This document shows positions 8,944 through 18,737 of a stretch of 64,000 bases of DNA, piece after piece (positions within the stretch are counted from its first letter, which is position 1; each line of letters opens with the position of its first letter). The stretch is taken from IMG/VR virus record IMGVR_UViG_3300031873_000004, positions 15,432-79,431 of that record, one strand, 5' to 3'. The notes beneath the pieces are model-generated. The model made no database searches, was not told where the DNA came from, and saw only the letters and a program-made list of their open reading frames with translations. This stretch comes from a virus. The translations under genes and the position numbers were made by a program.

Positions 8944-10450
8944 GCAAGCGTGGCACGTGCTTGAGCCGGTGACAGACTTTACTCCCGGATGGCACCTCGA
9001 TGCCGTTGCAGACCATTTGGAGTCTGTCGCGCTTGGCATAGGGAAGCCTGATGCGCCCGGTGCAATCCGTCGTTTAATAATCAACATCCCGCCCCGTCAC
9101 AGCAAGAGCCTGCTCGTATCGGCAATGTTCCCGTCATGGTTATGGATAAATCACCCTGCATTCAGAAGCATCACCGCGTCATACGGCCAAGACTTAGCGG
9201 TACGTGACGCAGTCAAGATGCGCAGGCTCATCACATCAAACTGGTATCAGAATCGCTGGTCAGACAGATACCAGCTCACCGGCGACCAAAACGCCAAGCA
9301 ACGGTACGAGAATGACAAGACCGGCTACCGCATAGCAACCAGCGTGGACGGCATAGCGACAGGTGAAGGCGGAGACGGAATATTTATAGACGACCCGCAC
9401 AACATCAAGGACAGTCTGAGCCCAGTCAAATTGCAATCAGTCATAGACTGGTTTGATATGGTAATCCAAACCCGCCTAAACAATCCTAAGACAGGTTTCA
9501 TCGTGCTGATCATGCAACGCTGCCACGAGAGGGACTTGACCGGCCATATATTAAGCAAAGAACTCGGCTACACCCACTTATGCCTACCCGCCAGGTACGA
9601 GCGGAATCATCCGCAAGCATGGCCAGCCGACCCACGTTCGGTAGACGGCGAGTTGTTGTGGCCGAGTATGTATGGCGAGACTGAATTACTAAGCCTCGAA
9701 AAAAGTATGGGGACTTATGCGGCAGCTGGTCAATTGCAACAGCGCCCGACACCTCGCGAAGGTGGGATGATAAAGCGGGGATGGTTCACGATAGTGGAAG
9801 CCCTCCCAGCAGCACATCGTCGCACAGTCCGGTTCTGGGATAGGGCGAGCACGGAGAAGACGAGACTGAACGATCCTGACTGGACAGCGGGTGCGAAGTT
9901 GAGCTGTCATGAGGGACTTATATACATTGAGCATATAGATGCGTTTCAGGCATCCAGCCATGAGAACGAGAAGCGCATCAAGCAGCGGGCTATCATGGAC
10001 GGACCTGATGTGCAAGTGTTCATGGAAGAGGAGCCCGGCAGTAGCGGTAAGGATACCATCTCCCATTACTCCCGTAACGTGCTTCAAGGGGTCGCTTTCA
10101 GGGGTAGACGCTCGACTGGACCGAAGGAATCCTATATAGACGTGATTGCTGCGCAGGCCGAGGCTGGCAACGTGCGCTTGCTCAAGGGTGACTGGAACGA
10201 GGCATTTCTCAAGCAGTGCGAGCAGTGGCCGATGGGCGCGCACGATGACTATATCGACGCGGTGGCGAAGGCTTACGCTGAGATAAGTGCGAACTCAGTC
10301 AACATTCGCGACTTGAGCGATAACGTAGACATGGATGTGATAGACGAGAACACGGCACGAGCTGAGGAGTTGCGGGCGTATCAGAATATTAATCCCTCGA
10401 TGATAGAAGCAACGCCGACAAGCATATTCAGAGATCCGGAGGCTTATTAA
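8867..10450 (+). CDS. terL: Terminase large subunit
   Basis: INIPPRHSKS, IDDPH, IMQRCHERDL, QQRP, WDRA, HDDYIDA. Confidence 0.95.
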   Translation: MDLSILPELETVETELATRYLKPFTEQAWHVLEPVTDFTPGWHLDAVADHLESVALGIGKPDAPGAIRRLIINIPPRHSKSLLVSAMFPSWLWINHPAFRSITASYGQDLAVRDAVKMRRLITSNWYQNRWSDRYQLTGDQNAKQRYENDKTGYRIATSVDGIATGEGGDGIFIDDPHNIKDSLSPVKLQSVIDWFDMVIQTRLNNPKTGFIVLIMQRCHERDLTGHILSKELGYTHLCLPARYERNHPQAWPADPRSVDGELLWPSMYGETELLSLEKSMGTYAAAGQLQQRPTPREGGMIKRGWFTIVEALPAAHRRTVRFWDRASTEKTRLNDPDWTAGAKLSCHEGLIYIEHIDAFQASSHENEKRIKQRAIMDGPDVQVFMEEEPGSSGKDTISHYSRNVLQGVAFRGRRSTGPKESYIDVIAAQAEAGNVRLLKGDWNEAFLKQCEQWPMGAHDDYIDAVAKAYAEISANSVNIRDLSDNVDMDVIDENTARAEELRAYQNINPSMIEATPTSIFRDPEAY

Positions 10451-10451
10451 T

Positions 10452-11666
10452 ATGATATTCGAGACAGGTGACAGAGTAGTGCGAGTGGATGGCAAGGGCG
10501 GCATGATGCTCGTCATCGACGCGAGTGTGAAGTGGGTGCGAGTGCAGCATTGCGATGAGAATGTCACGCCGCTTCAGCGCAAGCAGGAGGTGCTCGTGCC
10601 GGAGTTGTTGGTGAAGCGGGACTATGTGCGGGATGATCGTGGGCGGTTTGGGAGTGGGTCGGGTGGTGGCGCAAAACCCAGTAATGAAGAGTCTGAGAAT
10701 GCAGCCCGCAGTGGTAGTCCTTTCAAACCAGGTGACAAGGTGCGAGAACATAATCGGGTTGAGGTAGGAACCGTGACGGGTCACAATCGTCATGGTCAAG
10801 TTCGGGTTGATGTTGGTGGTCGTGAAACTATCTATCATCATGCGAATTTAAGAACATCTGATTCCGTAACCAAACCCTCCGCACCCATTGCCGCGATACA
10901 GGAGGCTCAACGCGGACGTACAGTTATTAATCCTCATTCTATCACAGCTGTTGAGGAATCACAACGAGCTGTTGGTAACGGAGACGCTCGATCCCACGCC
11001 AGAGCCGTTGCTGCGCATGATGCAGCTGCTATATACACATCGAATACTCAAGTGCGGGCAGGGGAGAAGCCTTTGTCTGAATTACATAGAGCAGCTGCGC
11101 AATTTCATCGAGATGCTATAGCGTCAGTAATCAAACCCTCCGCCGATAAGCTCCCAGCTCCAAAACATCCCAACGCGACAGTAATGTCGGTTCACGGGAC
11201 GCATCATGTTGAGCGTTTTTCACGGGAAAACGCTCCGACACAGTATGATGTCATTGAAACGAGCACAGGTACGTTTCGAGGGAGTTATCCGACACATGAG
11301 GCTGCGGGAAGGGTTGCGGATGGTCACTCATCTCGTTCACTCCCAGCAGCCCACCAGGAAGCGCGTGAGCGCAACGTGGCGGCTGTCCGAGCAGGGGTGG
11401 GGCAGAGTGATGTACCGTCGACCGTTGATAGGTTGCCAGACGGGCGTTATGATTACCGTTCAGCTGGACAGCATGGCTTGTTTGTTACAAGTTCTAAATA
11501 TCCACCTAAAGTTGGTGGTGAGGTAGATTTCGCAGATAAGAATGGTAATAAAGTACAAGGGCGAGTTGAACATATCGGAAATGGTAATATTCACATACGA
11601 CAAGCTAATAACGATGGCTATTTCAAAGGACCGTTGCACGTTATGAGGATGATAGCTGAACGGTAA
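10452..11666 (+). CDS. Mosaic protein with SH3-like modules and RDxxGRF motif (possible capsid cargo)
   Basis: G.RV/G.KV modules; VKRDYVRDDRGRFGSGSG; segment shared with 23893-24324. Confidence 0.6.
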   Translation: MIFETGDRVVRVDGKGGMMLVIDASVKWVRVQHCDENVTPLQRKQEVLVPELLVKRDYVRDDRGRFGSGSGGGAKPSNEESENAARSGSPFKPGDKVREHNRVEVGTVTGHNRHGQVRVDVGGRETIYHHANLRTSDSVTKPSAPIAAIQEAQRGRTVINPHSITAVEESQRAVGNGDARSHARAVAAHDAAAIYTSNTQVRAGEKPLSELHRAAAQFHRDAIASVIKPSADKLPAPKHPNATVMSVHGTHHVERFSRENAPTQYDVIETSTGTFRGSYPTHEAAGRVADGHSSRSLPAAHQEARERNVAAVRAGVGQSDVPSTVDRLPDGRYDYRSAGQHGLFVTSSKYPPKVGGEVDFADKNGNKVQGRVEHIGNGNIHIRQANNDGYFKGPLHVMRMIAER

Positions 11667-12022
11667 TGTCAAAGAACACGATCAACACATACATCGCATC
11701 GAGCCCGGTCTGGACGAGCACTCTCATCGTTCAAGGCACTCAGCGCATCAACGTATCCATCCGGTGCGGTAGTGTGGTGGCTGATCCCGTGCTCTCATAC
11801 TTCTCAGGCATTGTCACGTTGCAGAGACAGTTTGGCGACGACGCTCTCGACTTCTGGCGCGATGTGGAGATATGGAGCGTGACAAAGAGTGAGGGTATGG
11901 CCGGTAGCATTGAAGAGTGCACCACGATGCCGGAAGCCGAGACGGTAACATATAGGATTGGCGTGAAGACAGGTGCTTATTACAGCGTGGGCTCGTGCAA
12001 CGTAAGACTGGGGACAACATAG
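11666..12022 (+). CDS. Putative small virion beta-protein
   Basis: LQRQF..D..WRDV motif, shared with 12826-13182. Confidence 0.55.
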   Translation: MSKNTINTYIASSPVWTSTLIVQGTQRINVSIRCGSVVADPVLSYFSGIVTLQRQFGDDALDFWRDVEIWSVTKSEGMAGSIEECTTMPEAETVTYRIGVKTGAYYSVGSCNVRLGTT

Positions 12023-12814
12023 ATGGGCGCGATTAAACTCACCAACAAACAAGGGCGTGTAATAAATCCGGCTACTGAAGAACCGTATTTATTCGCTATT
12101 GCCGAGGGTAAGATCCCCGGCCATTCAATTCTTTCTAAACGCGGTTATAGTCCTGCAAGTGCGGCGACTGAAACTACATTATGGAGTCCTGGCACGCAAT
12201 ATGTGTTTCCGACAGGAGCAACTGCGGTTGAAGCCGTAAGTTCAAGTGCAGTTGATTCAGACGCATTGGGCACTGGCGCTCGTACAGTGCATTTATTATA
12301 TCTGGATACGAACTATGCTGAAAAAACATGGACATTCGTCATGAATGGAGTTACCCCTGTGGTTGGCCCCGTTGATTTCTTCAGATCAAATTCATTACAT
12401 GTCGAGTCTGGAGTGAAAAATGTAGGTACTATCGACCTGCGATTGGTTGGTGGCGCGGCGACGATATACAATCAAGTGCAGATTGGAGCTGTATCTTGTT
12501 TTTGCAGTGTTTATACAGTTCCTATAAACAAAACCTATTATGTTACGAGTGCTCATTTTTCAGCCGGATATAAAACAACCGGTAAAACCGTACGCATGAC
12601 CATTCATGCGTCAGTGTCACCTGATGGTATCGTATCGACTTCAGGATTGCTATTTTGGCCGCACTTCGAGTCAATGTTGATGGATGATGATGTGTCAAGC
12701 GTCGGGCTTGAACCGTTTGCATTTCCAGAAAAGACTGACGTTAAGGTGTCAGTTGTTGGTGAAACATTAGCGCAATGCACCAGTCGTATTTCAGGCTGGA
12801 TAGAAACTGAATAG
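12023..12814 (+). CDS. Putative virion structural protein
   Basis: SSSAVD...GTGARTV, EKTDVKV; late operon. Confidence 0.55.
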   Translation: MGAIKLTNKQGRVINPATEEPYLFAIAEGKIPGHSILSKRGYSPASAATETTLWSPGTQYVFPTGATAVEAVSSSAVDSDALGTGARTVHLLYLDTNYAEKTWTFVMNGVTPVVGPVDFFRSNSLHVESGVKNVGTIDLRLVGGAATIYNQVQIGAVSCFCSVYTVPINKTYYVTSAHFSAGYKTTGKTVRMTIHASVSPDGIVSTSGLLFWPHFESMLMDDDVSSVGLEPFAFPEKTDVKVSVVGETLAQCTSRISGWIETE

Positions 12815-12825
12815 GAGATAACGAT

Positions 12826-13182
12826 ATGGCAACCAATCCACAGCAGACAATACTGACATCATTCGCAGCAGCGAGCGCATTGACAAGCACGATCAACGTG
12901 GCGGGACGCGGATACATTCACGCCCAGTTCCGCGCAGGCAGCGCAATCAGCAACCCATCGGTCGTACTCAGCACGATGAGCATGATCATTGCCTTGCAGC
13001 GCGAGTTGATAGGCGGCGAGGACAATATGTGGGTGGATGTGCAGACTTGGGCGGTTGCACTCACCGAGTCGTTGCCGGGAAGAGACCTTGTGTATCTGAG
13101 CGCAGAGCAGACCGCCAACTATCGCTTATATGTGAAGAACTATGGCAGCGGTATCTGTCAAGCTCGGCTCTGGGGAGGGTGA
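12826..13182 (+). CDS. Putative small virion beta-protein
   Basis: ALQRE...WVDVQTW, YRLYVK; resembles 11666-12022. Confidence 0.55.
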   Translation: MATNPQQTILTSFAAASALTSTINVAGRGYIHAQFRAGSAISNPSVVLSTMSMIIALQRELIGGEDNMWVDVQTWAVALTESLPGRDLVYLSAEQTANYRLYVKNYGSGICQARLWGG

Positions 13183-13184
13183 GG

Positions 13185-13466
13185 ATGGGAGATGATAAGG
13201 ATTGCGTTGACCCGGAAGTCTGCATTGTGACTCATCGTGATCTTACGAGGAGGGTTGAAACCATGGAGACTGCACAGGATGATTTGGAGAAAAAGTTTGA
13301 CGGACATCTCAACAAACTTTATATGAAGATCGAGACCGAGACCCTCAACTTTGCGAACAAGGCAATTGAGGCGAGCCAGCGACCCGGATGGGCTACACTC
13401 ACAATAGTGGCAGCCCTCAGCTCATTGAGCGTTGGCCTGATCGTCAAGATGGTGGGAGGACGCTAA
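13185..13466 (+). CDS. Membrane protein (coiled coil + C-terminal TM), lysis-associated
   Basis: C-terminal hydrophobic helix; precedes putative endolysin. Confidence 0.55.
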   Translation: MGDDKDCVDPEVCIVTHRDLTRRVETMETAQDDLEKKFDGHLNKLYMKIETETLNFANKAIEASQRPGWATLTIVAALSSLSVGLIVKMVGGR

Positions 13467-13906
13467 TGCGGACAATCAATCTTGTTACCACATCATTCAA
13501 CGATGATGGAACATACGGGGTGCTTATAGAGAATCGCATCCCGCTCAACTATCGAACATTGGAGCGCCCGTGGAAGGATAACGCGAAGGGGCTCAGCTGC
13601 ATCCCTGAAGGGCGGTATATCGTCAAGCGTGAAGTCACGCCGAAGCACGGTCTTACTTGGCACGTGCTCGACGTTCCTGGTCGCGACATGATCCTCATCC
13701 ACCCAGGCAACACCGAGAAGGATGTCGAGGGCTGCATTATGCTCGGCATCGAGTGCGGTTCAATGACGGCAGAGGATCCGGACACGGGCAAAACCGAGTA
13801 TCAGCCAGCTGTGCTCAGGAGCAAAGAGGCGCAGAGCAATTTCGACTTCGCGTTTGCGAACGAGGACGAGTTCACGCTCAATGTGGTCAGGAGGAGCGCG
13901 ATATGA
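13466..13906 (+). CDS. DUF5675-like putative endolysin
   Basis: TLERPW, SCIPEGRY, DVPGRDMILIHPGN...EGCI. Confidence 0.8.
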   Translation: MRTINLVTTSFNDDGTYGVLIENRIPLNYRTLERPWKDNAKGLSCIPEGRYIVKREVTPKHGLTWHVLDVPGRDMILIHPGNTEKDVEGCIMLGIECGSMTAEDPDTGKTEYQPAVLRSKEAQSNFDFAFANEDEFTLNVVRRSAI

Positions 13907-14103
13907 CGCCACAATGGGAGTCCATTATCATCGTGCTCATGAGCTGCCTGGGCGCGTTTGTCATCGGCTTCGTCATCGGGTACGCGACGCGCGACGAGCT
14001 GGATCATCAGCGCAAAGAGGAAGAGCAAGCTGAGATATTCAATCAGATGCGCATCAAGCAACGCGACTACGATGCAAAGAACGGTACGGGAGGGCGGGAG
14101 TAA
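13903..14103 (+). CDS. Small single-TM protein
   Basis: N-terminal hydrophobic helix; start/stop overlaps with both neighbours. Confidence 0.5.
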   Translation: MTPQWESIIIVLMSCLGAFVIGFVIGYATRDELDHQRKEEEQAEIFNQMRIKQRDYDAKNGTGGRE

Positions 14104-14600
14104 TGGCGATATGGGCGACAGTAGCGGGCCTGTTCACGGGCGGCATCGACAAGACCATCACGGCTCTGGGCGACGCGATTGACAAGAACGTCACCAGCGA
14201 CGAGGAGCGCGGCAAGCTCAAGAACGAGCTGGTGCAGATAGCAGCTACCGCCAAGAAGGACGCGCAGGACTTCGAGCTGAAGGTGAAGGAGCTGGAAGTC
14301 AAGCAAGGCGAGACCACGCAGAAGGATCGAGACAGCGCCCACAATCGCGAGATTGAGCTGGCCAAACTCGGACGCAAGAACTACATCATGCTCACCCTCG
14401 CGGTGCTCGCTATATCAGGCATGGGCTGGCTCACGTGGTTCGTCTTTCACAACGACATCCGCGAGCGCGAGATTGCCTTCCTCATCATAGGTATGGTCAT
14501 CGGTATCGTCAAGGACATCTATGGGTACTATTATGGATCGTCAGCGGGCAGCGCAGCCAATGCGGCAGCGGTGCGCATCGTGACGAAGGAGAGCAAATAA
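14103..14600 (+). CDS. Holin-like protein
   Basis: IDKNVTSDEER, DRDSA..REI, two TM helices, YYYGSSAGS. Confidence 0.75.
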   Translation: MAIWATVAGLFTGGIDKTITALGDAIDKNVTSDEERGKLKNELVQIAATAKKDAQDFELKVKELEVKQGETTQKDRDSAHNREIELAKLGRKNYIMLTLAVLAISGMGWLTWFVFHNDIREREIAFLIIGMVIGIVKDIYGYYYGSSAGSAANAAAVRIVTKESK

Positions 14601-15007
14601 TGTATCTCGAAGGCGCGTATGTTTATGGGAACTGGGCGACGGCGACGATAACGCTGGACAATCTCGCCAATGCCAGCATCGCCACCAGCGCCGCAGTGAA
14701 CTTCGCGGGCGCGTTCGGCATCGAAGTTGAGAGCGTCATCTCAGGCACGGCTGCTGCGACGGCATATTTGAACGTGGCTGTGGAGCGCGTAGGATCCGAT
14801 GGGGTGACCGCGAGCGCATACGAGAACGCGGCTGTCAGCAAGCCGCAATTCTTCAGCGCCACGCCCAATGTATTCGTTCGCTATTTTGAAGGCCCGTTCG
14901 CCATCGTCAAGTTTGCGGTCGAGAACAAGACGGGCGCAGCATTAAGTGCGGTCGGTAACACGCTGAAGTATCGCACAGTGACTCCGAGAAACACGGTGAC
15001 TGCTTGA
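14600..15007 (+). CDS. Putative virion protein
   Basis: ITLDNLAN...VENKTGAAL...NTLKYR. Confidence 0.6.
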   Translation: MYLEGAYVYGNWATATITLDNLANASIATSAAVNFAGAFGIEVESVISGTAAATAYLNVAVERVGSDGVTASAYENAAVSKPQFFSATPNVFVRYFEGPFAIVKFAVENKTGAALSAVGNTLKYRTVTPRNTVTA

Positions 15008-15837
15008 TTGATCCGAGTCGTGGCATAAAAGGTTTCTTTCCGAAAGGAGTAGCTTACTGGGCGCTCGATGGGACGCCAGCAGGGTTGGTTGACCAGTATG
15101 GAAATGGGAGCAACGCGGCTACGGCGGGAGTGTCCAGTAAACCGTCTATAATTCATAACGGAGGATCGTCTGGCTATGCGTTCGATAATGACGTAACCAA
15201 GATTATCACGTTGCCATACAACATACTAATGAATAGTCCACAAGTAACAGTTATATCGTGGGCGATTCCGTCATATGCTACAGGATTAACTGAGATACTG
15301 CTATGCAAGTTTAGGAATACAACGACTGGGAACGCCTACAGATTAGCTTTCTTACCACCGAATAATGTTACGTTTCAAACGACAAATTTGGATGGCGCGG
15401 TGAATGTGCTGAACTCAGCGACGGCTATAAATGGTCGTGGTAAAACGAATAATAAGCCAACTTGTTTTATTGGAACACTTGATGTAAATCTGAAGTTGAC
15501 ACTATATATAAATGGCGATGTAGTAGCTGAGGCACAGTCGTTAGCAGGATATATAAAGACGAACAACGACGCTGCTATAGGTAGATTGTTGGGTTCAACG
15601 CAACCATTCAACGGTATCATTGGAGAGTCGGCAATACTCTCATACGCCATCACATCTCAGCAAGCAGCAGATTATTATAAGTACGCAACCGAGACGCCCG
15701 TCAAGTATTGGTTCTTTGGCGACAGCTTGAACCTCATAGCGCAACGAGTCAACGAGAGTGCCGGCATTGTCGACTCAGGACTTCGAGGGATACCGCAACC
15801 AAAGATGAATGTGCCGCGTCGAGTGTTCACGCGATAA
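15004..15837 (+). CDS. LamG/concanavalin-like domain protein
   Basis: AYWALD, LYING, IGR...FNGIIGE. Confidence 0.7.
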   Translation: MIDPSRGIKGFFPKGVAYWALDGTPAGLVDQYGNGSNAATAGVSSKPSIIHNGGSSGYAFDNDVTKIITLPYNILMNSPQVTVISWAIPSYATGLTEILLCKFRNTTTGNAYRLAFLPPNNVTFQTTNLDGAVNVLNSATAINGRGKTNNKPTCFIGTLDVNLKLTLYINGDVVAEAQSLAGYIKTNNDAAIGRLLGSTQPFNGIIGESAILSYAITSQQAADYYKYATETPVKYWFFGDSLNLIAQRVNESAGIVDSGLRGIPQPKMNVPRRVFTR

Positions 15838-15847
15838 GGATAATATA

Positions 15848-16273
15848 ATGGACATTGTAGCATTACGAACAGAGCTGCAACAGGATCCGAAGACACTCGG
15901 CTATGCCGCGCACATCACGAGCGGGAACGACCAGGCGATCACCGACATTCTGAACACCACGGGAGCGACCAGCGAGGTCTTGCTGCGCGAGGCTGTCGAC
16001 GCGCGTGAAATCGTGCAGTGCTTCGTGTACAGCGAATGGCTCGCACTCACAGCTGATCAGAAGGCGTATATCAACATGGCCATCGGGGCGGGTACTGTCG
16101 ATTCATCGAACGCGAACATCGGCGTGGCGTTCGGCACGATATTCGGTGCAGGCACGCAGACGATCCTGAACCTGGTGGCGATGGCGACGCGCCCTGCATC
16201 GCGTGCGGAGGTTGTACTCGGACGGGGTGTTAGTGTCTCAGCTACCGACATAGCGCACGCGTTGAGAGGATAA
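15848..16273 (+). CDS. Phage hypothetical protein
   Basis: LRTELQQDP..LGY, SRAEVVLG. Confidence 0.6.
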   Translation: MDIVALRTELQQDPKTLGYAAHITSGNDQAITDILNTTGATSEVLLREAVDAREIVQCFVYSEWLALTADQKAYINMAIGAGTVDSSNANIGVAFGTIFGAGTQTILNLVAMATRPASRAEVVLGRGVSVSATDIAHALRG

Positions 16274-16274
16274 C

Positions 16275-16672
16275 ATGGCACTTACTTACGGGGCACGCAC
16301 AGCGATAACCATTGCGCTCGACAACCTGGCGAACGCGGGGTCGGCAACAGGCAACAAGTAACGAAGTGAGCAATGCCTTCACGCTCGCCGACGACTATCT
16401 CATCGAGGCGAACATTGCAGGCACCGCAGCGGCAGCAGCCTGGATCGAGTTGCGCCTGCTCGTGAGTGAAGACAGCGCGAGCAGTGGTGTACCCGTCAAC
16501 GACCACGTGGATGTGCGTGCTCGATAATACCGTCGATGGAGACAACCCAGCAACCGTTACGGCGACGACTATTGGCGGGGTGACGACGATCCGGGTAATA
16601 ATTCGTCAGTGTAATAACGTGCCGCCGTTTGCGCCGAGCATGGGTGTTGGGCGAAGGGTGTTAATGCGATGA
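16275..16672 (+). pseudogene. Frameshifted, deletion-fused paralog of the 14600-15837 gene pair
   Basis: 7-bp duplication GGCAACA (16343-16356) breaks the frame; ITIALDNLAN matches 14600 gene; 3' end GRRVLMR resembles PRRVFTR. Confidence 0.6.
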
Positions 16673-16821
16673 TACAGGACAGCTCATGGTGGCCGGTTAA
16701 AATTGAGTGGTTCGCTGCGGGGTGGTGGCCAGGACAAATTCAACCGCTCGCCGATCCGCTCGTGGGCAAACGTCGAGCACTACAGACAAGCACGGAACGC
16801 ATCGTGCTGGAATGGGTATAG
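16669..16821 (+). CDS. Small Trp-rich hypothetical protein
   Basis: Manual ORF MIQDSSWWPVKIEWFAAGWWPG..., 50 aa, fills the gap. Confidence 0.45.
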   Translation: MIQDSSWWPVKIEWFAAGWWPGQIQPLADPLVGKRRALQTSTERIVLEWV

Positions 16822-16822
16822 C

Positions 16823-17914
16823 ATGAGCAAGAGTTATACAGGACTGGCGGCAACGATAGGCGCTCATCGGCAGGTCGACCACGCCGGAGTTGAGACGATT
16901 GTGGCGCTCACGACGACAGGCGGGACAGTCACCGCACCAGCAACGACCGCATCGTTCTTGGTCAATGGCGCGGTCATTGCGCTGCCTGTTGCTGGAATAA
17001 CGACCCACGCAATTACCGATGACGTGCCCAACTATGTGGTCATCTCGTACAATGGTGGATCGCCCACGTTCGATGTCATCACCGACGAGACGCTCATCGA
17101 CTCAGCACTCATTCTCCCGTACGGCGAAGTGTTCAAGCGAGCGGGCAGCAGTTCAGTTCATACGCAGCTCAGTCCGCTTCGCGCTCATGGTGAGTTGGAG
17201 ATGTCGCATCGAAGACTCATTGAAGCTGATAGATATGCTCACGACACTTCGGTATTGCTCAATTTCAGTGTCGATACGGGACTCAATATTCATCTGGATG
17301 GTGGAGAAGTATGGACAGGTACATATGAGTATTTGCTCTCCGCAATAACCGTAGACACGCGGTTATTCTCATGCCTGTATTATGGTGGTGTTTGGAATTA
17401 TTCGAGCGGTAAAGGCATGGCGTCATCGCCGCTGGTATTCACTCAAGACGTCAATACGATTGTGCGCGCTGCAGGAGGCTTTGTTGCAGGTGGTGTGGTC
17501 AACGGCACGAAGTTCAAGACGAACAGTGCGATTAATCCAGGACCGTTCACAGTACAATCATTTAACGATACAACCATCACTACTGTCGAAGCTCTTGTGA
17601 ATGAGACCGCTAGCAAGAGTATAACATTTTGGCCACAACTCGACAATTTGCACTATAATGACATAGCTGCTGGTGATGGTATAGGGACGTTGGGCGGTGG
17701 TGCATTTGGCATCGTGTACATTTGGCGCGGGGTGGAGAATGAGGATCATATGTATTTCATGCTCGCAACGACATCTTATGCAAATTTAATTGATGCTCGT
17801 GCGGCTGTGACACCAACGAGTCTCCCGCCACTTGCAACATCTCACGCAATATTAGTGGGACGCATAATAGTTGAGCAAGGCCATACGACAGCAGTTGTTG
17901 AGTATTTGAATTAG
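16823..17914 (+). CDS. Putative virion appendage/fibre protein
   Basis: Beta-rich, T/S/G-rich; late operon. Confidence 0.55.
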   Translation: MSKSYTGLAATIGAHRQVDHAGVETIVALTTTGGTVTAPATTASFLVNGAVIALPVAGITTHAITDDVPNYVVISYNGGSPTFDVITDETLIDSALILPYGEVFKRAGSSSVHTQLSPLRAHGELEMSHRRLIEADRYAHDTSVLLNFSVDTGLNIHLDGGEVWTGTYEYLLSAITVDTRLFSCLYYGGVWNYSSGKGMASSPLVFTQDVNTIVRAAGGFVAGGVVNGTKFKTNSAINPGPFTVQSFNDTTITTVEALVNETASKSITFWPQLDNLHYNDIAAGDGIGTLGGGAFGIVYIWRGVENEDHMYFMLATTSYANLIDARAAVTPTSLPPLATSHAILVGRIIVEQGHTTAVVEYLN

Positions 17915-17922
17915 GAGACATC

Positions 17923-18390
17923 ATGGCAAGCAAGCCTTATAGTGTAGCGAGTCGCCCTGGAGCAAGTGCATACGTGATCACCCGCCGCCGATCTGATGGA
18001 TGGTTAGTGGGAAGCGATGGTGTGTTCTCAGCAGCACCAGCTACTCCGTACCTCGTGTTAACCGAGCACGCAGTCATCAAGGGATTGTACGAGCGTGCCG
18101 AAGTTCAGGCCGTGTGGGCAAATTGCGAAGTAACTAATTTTTATTATGCACAAGCCGGAGCTACTCCTAACCCTGCGAACGATGTTATCATTGCGACTGA
18201 GGATTGGGCGATTAACAACGACACCGCTAACGACCACATAAAGATTGTTGCGGCAACGCTCGCAGGCAAGAGCAGCGGCGCAGGCACAGTGCTCATCACC
18301 TATCGCGATTTGTCCGACACGCGTGATGCGGTCATAGGTGTGGTTGACGTTCTTGGCAATAGGACAGCGGTCACTCTGGGAGGCGTGTAA
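17923..18390 (+). CDS. Putative virion protein
   Basis: RBS AGGAG; C-terminal AGKSSGAG...GNRTAV. Confidence 0.55.
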   Translation: MASKPYSVASRPGASAYVITRRRSDGWLVGSDGVFSAAPATPYLVLTEHAVIKGLYERAEVQAVWANCEVTNFYYAQAGATPNPANDVIIATEDWAINNDTANDHIKIVAATLAGKSSGAGTVLITYRDLSDTRDAVIGVVDVLGNRTAVTLGGV

Positions 18391-18725
18391 TGGGCGCAAC
18401 CGGATCAGCAACTGTAAGTTTCAACGGCAACGGTCTCGCATTCGATAGATCATTCAGTACATCGTTCGCGAACCCATACACATACGACTCGTGCCCAACA
18501 GTCGACGTTACGGGTCAAGCGGCAATTCTGGCGGGTAGCGATGTTGAGGCGTGGATCATGGGAGCAGACAGTACCGCAGACAACTCAACCGAGGCACATG
18601 CACTTGCAGCTCTCATCGTCCAGCCTACAATTGTGACTGTCGCCGCTGGAGTAGGCTTCACAATACGGGCGATGAGCGAGGGCGCACTGCTCGGCACATT
18701 CAAAATTCGATGGGTTTGGAATTAA
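18390..18725 (+). CDS. Putative virion protein
   Basis: VTGQAAILAGSDVEAW...GVGFTI...WVWN. Confidence 0.55.
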   Translation: MGATGSATVSFNGNGLAFDRSFSTSFANPYTYDSCPTVDVTGQAAILAGSDVEAWIMGADSTADNSTEAHALAALIVQPTIVTVAAGVGFTIRAMSEGALLGTFKIRWVWN

Positions 18726-18737
18726 GGGAGGTATGAT

